A stretch of DNA of 64,000 nt. It comes from a virus (Duplodnaviria > Heunggongvirae > Uroviricota > Caudoviricetes). Positions within the stretch are counted from its first letter, which is position 1. Each line of letters starts with the position of its first letter. The DNA lies in the IMG/VR virus record IMGVR_UViG_2563366840_000011, positions 12,067 to 76,066 of that record; one strand, written 5' to 3'. The notes beneath the pieces were generated by a model, which saw nothing but the letters and a program-made list of their open reading frames with translations, was not told the DNA's origin and did not search any database. A program made the translations under genes and the position numbers. Of the stretch, positions 61,388 to 64,000 are shown piece after piece.

Positions 61388-61828
61388 ATGAATTACATAT
61401 ATTCCGCGACTACAAACTCTTTCTATCCGCTGGAGATGAAAGAGGATTACACTCAAGCTGACTCATGGCCAGATGATGCTGTTGAAGTTGATGAGCAAGT
61501 GTATATTGAGTTTTCCGGATTACCGCCGAAAGGAAAAATCCGTATCGCTGGAGAAAATGGTTTTCCTGCATGGTCTGAAATTCCACCACCAACATATGAG
61601 GAACAGATTGCTGCAGCCGAACTGGAAAAGCAGCAACTGATTAATCAGGCCAACGAATACATGAACAGTAAGCAATGGCCCGGTAAAGCCGCTATTGGTC
61701 GTCTGAATGGTGAGGAACTGGCGCAATATAATTTGTGGCTGGATTATCTGGATGCACTGGAGCTGGTTGATACTTCCGGTGCGCCAGATATTGAATGGCC
61801 TACGCCTCCGGCAGTTCAGGCCAGATGA
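61388..61828 (+). CDS. Tail fibre assembly protein (Mu U-like)
   Basis: 146-aa ORF MNYIYSATTNSFYPLEMKEDYTQADSWPDDAVEVDEQVYIEFSGLPPKGK... Confidence 0.8.
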   Translation: MNYIYSATTNSFYPLEMKEDYTQADSWPDDAVEVDEQVYIEFSGLPPKGKIRIAGENGFPAWSEIPPPTYEEQIAAAELEKQQLINQANEYMNSKQWPGKAAIGRLNGEELAQYNLWLDYLDALELVDTSGAPDIEWPTPPAVQAR

Positions 61829-62411
61829 CATCCGGCGCGGTGCTGGTATCTGTTGCCGTCACCGCGTCAATGTAATCCAGCACAGCGTTAAGGCGGGTTG
61901 TTTCTGCCTGCGTCAGTTTACGTCCGGCCTGCAATTTCAGCTGAATCAGACTGATGGAGGCCATTGCAGTATCAATCAGCGACTGGCGCTGTGCTTCTGC
62001 TGCATCTACTGCTGCGCCGTGCTGTGCCTCGGTATCCGTCACCCATTTCTCACCATCCCATTTATCGTATGGGGTTAACGGGGCGATAGTGGTTGTATTA
62101 TCAGGGTAATCACCCGGAGCTGTGATTTCTTTTGATTCCCCTGTTTCGGTGCTAAAAACGATTTCACCGCGATGGTCTGGCATATATTCCCATGATTTTA
62201 AATCTGCTGAACGGCAGATAGTATAACCAGCCTTATATGTACCAGGAGCATCTAAACAGGAATACGCCGGAATACCGACGCCGACAGCGAGATATTCAGT
62301 TGATGTAGAAATATATTCCCGCGTTTCTCCGTTGTAGTTGTAAACGGTAATAAAGCCAGCTTCCGTGGCAAATCCGTTTTCATCCAAAGTGATTTTTTTT
62401 GTGGTCATCAT
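61800..62411 (-). CDS. Alternative tail fibre assembly protein (U'-like), inverted orientation
   Basis: 203-aa minus-strand ORF MMTTKKITLDENGFATEAGFITVYNYNGETREYISTSTEYLAVG...; convergent with the plus-strand assembly gene. Confidence 0.75.
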   Translation of the reverse strand: MMTTKKITLDENGFATEAGFITVYNYNGETREYISTSTEYLAVGVGIPAYSCLDAPGTYKAGYTICRSADLKSWEYMPDHRGEIVFSTETGESKEITAPGDYPDNTTTIAPLTPYDKWDGEKWVTDTEAQHGAAVDAAEAQRQSLIDTAMASISLIQLKLQAGRKLTQAETTRLNAVLDYIDAVTATDTSTAPDVIWPELPEA

Positions 62412-62956
62412 GATGCCCTTACAATGTAGTTAAATGCAATGTTACGTGGTCGGTTTTCTTCCGCAGTTGGTACAACTCTGGCGGCGGAAAAACCTACGTC
62501 ATACCTATTACCGGGCGATGAGGTTGTTTGACCAGCGCCGCCTTCGTATACAGCATTAAATGGCCCTGTTACCCACTCGTCTGCTGTCCTCTGGCTTCCC
62601 GCAGTGGTCATAAGTCCCAAGAGCTTCCCTGATATGTCCCTTATAGCATCACCTTGTGCGGACAGCAGCGCTCGCCCTGAATCGACCCCACGCCCGTCAT
62701 CCCAGCCACGAATAAACTCACCACGTAAATCTGGCAATTTATTTGTCGGATAAACTTTTGCCAGTTCCGGATACTCTTCGGCAGAAAAAGGTGCACCATT
62801 GCATTTCAGCCAGCCTGTTGGCGGAGTGGCTGAAGGCCACGGAACAGGCACGCCAACGGGTAATGCCGAACCTTCTCCCAAACCAACCTTTTGTGGATTG
62901 AGATTTTTAATGTCAGCGAAGCTCTTCGTCAAAAGTGAAACTCTGATAACCTGGTT
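62408..62956 (-). CDS. Alternative tail fibre variable C-terminal segment (Sv'-like) lacking its own start
   Basis: Minus-strand frame open from the stop at 62957-62959: NQVIRVSLLTKSFADIKNLNPQKVGLGEGSALPVGVPVPWPSATPPTGWLKCNGAPFSAEEYPELAKVYP...; no ATG or SD at its 5' end. Confidence 0.65.
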   Translation of the reverse strand, partial: NQVIRVSLLTKSFADIKNLNPQKVGLGEGSALPVGVPVPWPSATPPTGWLKCNGAPFSAEEYPELAKVYPTNKLPDLRGEFIRGWDDGRGVDSGRALLSAQGDAIRDISGKLLGLMTTAGSQRTADEWVTGPFNAVYEGGAGQTTSSPGNRYDVGFSAARVVPTAEENRPRNIAFNYIVRAS

Positions 62957-62993
62957 CTACTGACGAACAGAAGGATAAGCAGGAGATCGCTTT

Positions 62994-63554
62994 ATGATTA
63001 TTGGGTATGCACGAGTATCAAGTAACCATCAGGACACCGAGCTTCAGATGCAGGCGCTCAGAGCTGCTGGCTGTAAGTTAATTTTTGAGGAAAAGGCTTC
63101 TGGCCGTAAGACGAACCGACCAATTTTGAAGAAAGTGGTTGAGATGCTTGAACCCGGTGACGAGCTGGTCATCTGGAAGCTGGATCGTATCGGTCGCAAT
63201 GTGCTGCACGCATTATTGACGTTTCAGAGCCTCGCAGAACGCAATGTTAACATCCGTTCTATTACTGATGGCGTTGACCTGAGTACCGCCAGTGGGCGCT
63301 ATAACTTCCGTAATATTCTCTCTGCGGCACAATATGAGTCTGATCTGAATAGTGAACGCACTTTGGCGGGGTTAGCGGTTGCCCGCGCTAAGGGGAGGAT
63401 TGGCGGACGTAAGCCTAAGTTCACTAATGAGCACTGGGATGCGTTTGAACGGGAAATTAAGTCCGGCTGCTCACATCGTGATATAGCTCTCAAATATGGA
63501 GTCGGCCTGTCGACTCTCTACAAACGTTATCCGGCTCAGCAAGAGCATCAGTAA
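62994..63554 (+). CDS. gin: Serine DNA invertase (Gin/Pin/Hin family)
   Basis: 186-aa ORF MIIGYARVSSNHQDTELQMQALRAAGCKLIFEEKASGRKTNRPILKKVVEMLEPGDELVIWKLDRIGRN... resolvase-type catalytic domain plus C-terminal HTH; last gene before the right end. Confidence 0.9.
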   Translation: MIIGYARVSSNHQDTELQMQALRAAGCKLIFEEKASGRKTNRPILKKVVEMLEPGDELVIWKLDRIGRNVLHALLTFQSLAERNVNIRSITDGVDLSTASGRYNFRNILSAAQYESDLNSERTLAGLAVARAKGRIGGRKPKFTNEHWDAFEREIKSGCSHRDIALKYGVGLSTLYKRYPAQQEHQ

Positions 63555-63559
63555 ACACT

Positions 63560-63660
63560 CTTTGCGTTCATTTTTGCACTGTGCAGAATGTGTCTTTTTG
63601 GCACCTTCCGACAGTGCAAAATTTATCGCGTTTTTGTGCAAAAAAAATCGCCGCGCTACA
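63560..63660 (+). repeat. Mu-like right end with inverted copies of the terminal TTTTGCAC(T)G motif
   Basis: TTTTTGCACTGTGCAG, CAGTGCAAAAT and TTTTTGTGCAAAAAAAATCG within the last 100 bp; element ends ...CGCGCTACA. Confidence 0.6.
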
Positions 63661-64000
63661 CAGCGTGCACACCTAATACAGCCAGTGTCGTACAAACGTT
63701 CGGTTTACCTATAGAGCACGGATAGCAATGCCCACAGCTGACCACCGGATCGACAGCAACACGTTCACCGACTCTGGCGCTTTCCACGCCTTCACCCACT
63801 GCATCAATGACGCCAAAGAATTCATGACCAATGACGCGCGGATATTTCGCAAAAGGATTATGCCCACGATAAATATGGCTATCTGAACCACAAATTCCGG
63901 CAAGTTTCACTTTTACTCGTACTTCACCCGCTGACGGGGTGGGTATTTCACGTTCGACAATCGCCAGTTGATTCGGTTTTTCAATTAATATGCTTTTCAT
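63661..64000 (-). pseudogene. rspB: 5' fragment of rspB-like zinc-dependent alcohol dehydrogenase gene (codons 1 to ~113), interrupted by the Mu-like prophage
   Basis: Minus-strand ORF from ATG at 63998-64000: MKSILIEKPNQLAIVEREIPTPSAGEVRVKVKLAGICGSDSHIYRG...CSIGKPNVCTTLAVLGVHA, then V-stop from prophage-end sequence; frame continues at 29217 with DGGFSEYA... Confidence 0.8.

Larger units (their letters stand above)
60917..62953. repeat. Candidate invertible tail-fibre segment (G-segment-like); boundaries approximate
   Basis: Imperfect inverted repeat AAAACCAGTTAT (60912-60923) vs reverse complement AGAACCAGGTTAT (62946-62958); encloses fibre C-terminus and assembly gene on plus and an alternative pair on minus; serine invertase gene adjacent. 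Confidence 0.5.
29222..63660 (+). mobile_element. Mu-like transposable prophage (about 34.4 kb), inserted in rspB
   Basis: Begins TG (29222) and ends CA (63659-63660); flanked by direct repeat CAGC (29218-29221, 63661-63664); gene order repressor, ner, A, B, early accessory genes, gemA, mor, lysis, terminase, portal, head, tail, baseplate, fibres, gin. Confidence 0.9.

Noticed and set aside
60941-62935. Crossover site placed at the shared F-x-DIK...LGLGE protein motif of the two fibre variants
   Set aside because: Protein similarity is not matched by nucleotide identity there; the only codon-aligned shared nucleotide stretch is AACCAG(G)TTAT further upstream, so the site was placed at about 60914 / 62956.
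29217-63665. Canonical 5-bp Mu target duplication
   Set aside because: Only CAGC (4 bp) is duplicated perfectly; 5-bp windows (tcagc vs cagcg) differ, so I report a 4-bp repeat with ±1 uncertainty rather than claim a 5-bp duplication.

Overview
The window is almost entirely prophage DNA in an Escherichia-type chromosome, in three blocks. (1) 1 to ~24.6 kb, minus strand: a lambdoid prophage segment. It carries a lambda-type head/tail module (K partial, L, M, H, T/G with the G-T slippery site, V, U, Z, FII, FI, E, D, C/Nu3, B, W, A, Nu1) ending at a lambda-like cos site near 14.37 kb. Beyond cos lie Qin-like late and accessory genes: ynfO, ydfO, gnsB, cspI, Rz/Rz1 spanins, SAR endolysin, S21-type pinholin, cspB, cspF, Q antiterminator, ydfU, rem-like, hokD-relE-relB and flxA. 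(2) ~24.6 to 29.2 kb: an IS-scarred junction with an unclassified DDE transposase, a chain of decayed ORFs, a complete IS1 without target duplication, and an internal fragment of an rspB-like zinc alcohol dehydrogenase gene. (3) 29222 to 63660, plus strand: a complete Mu-like transposable prophage (repressor, ner, A, B, accessory early genes, gemA, mor, lysis cassette, terminase, portal, head, contractile tail, baseplate, invertible tail-fibre cassette, gin) inserted into rspB, whose 5' fragment sits at 63661-64000. No rRNA, tRNA or CRISPR array was seen. The observations most worth follow-up are a conserved ~20-bp box with start-occluding hairpins upstream of the three Mu-like late gene blocks, a nucleotide-metabolism accessory cluster (MazG-like plus nucleoside-deoxyribosyltransferase-like) in the Mu-like early region, an AT-rich secreted-protein moron between mor and the endolysin, and the invertible fibre cassette. 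All family assignments are from reading the translations by eye; no database search was run.
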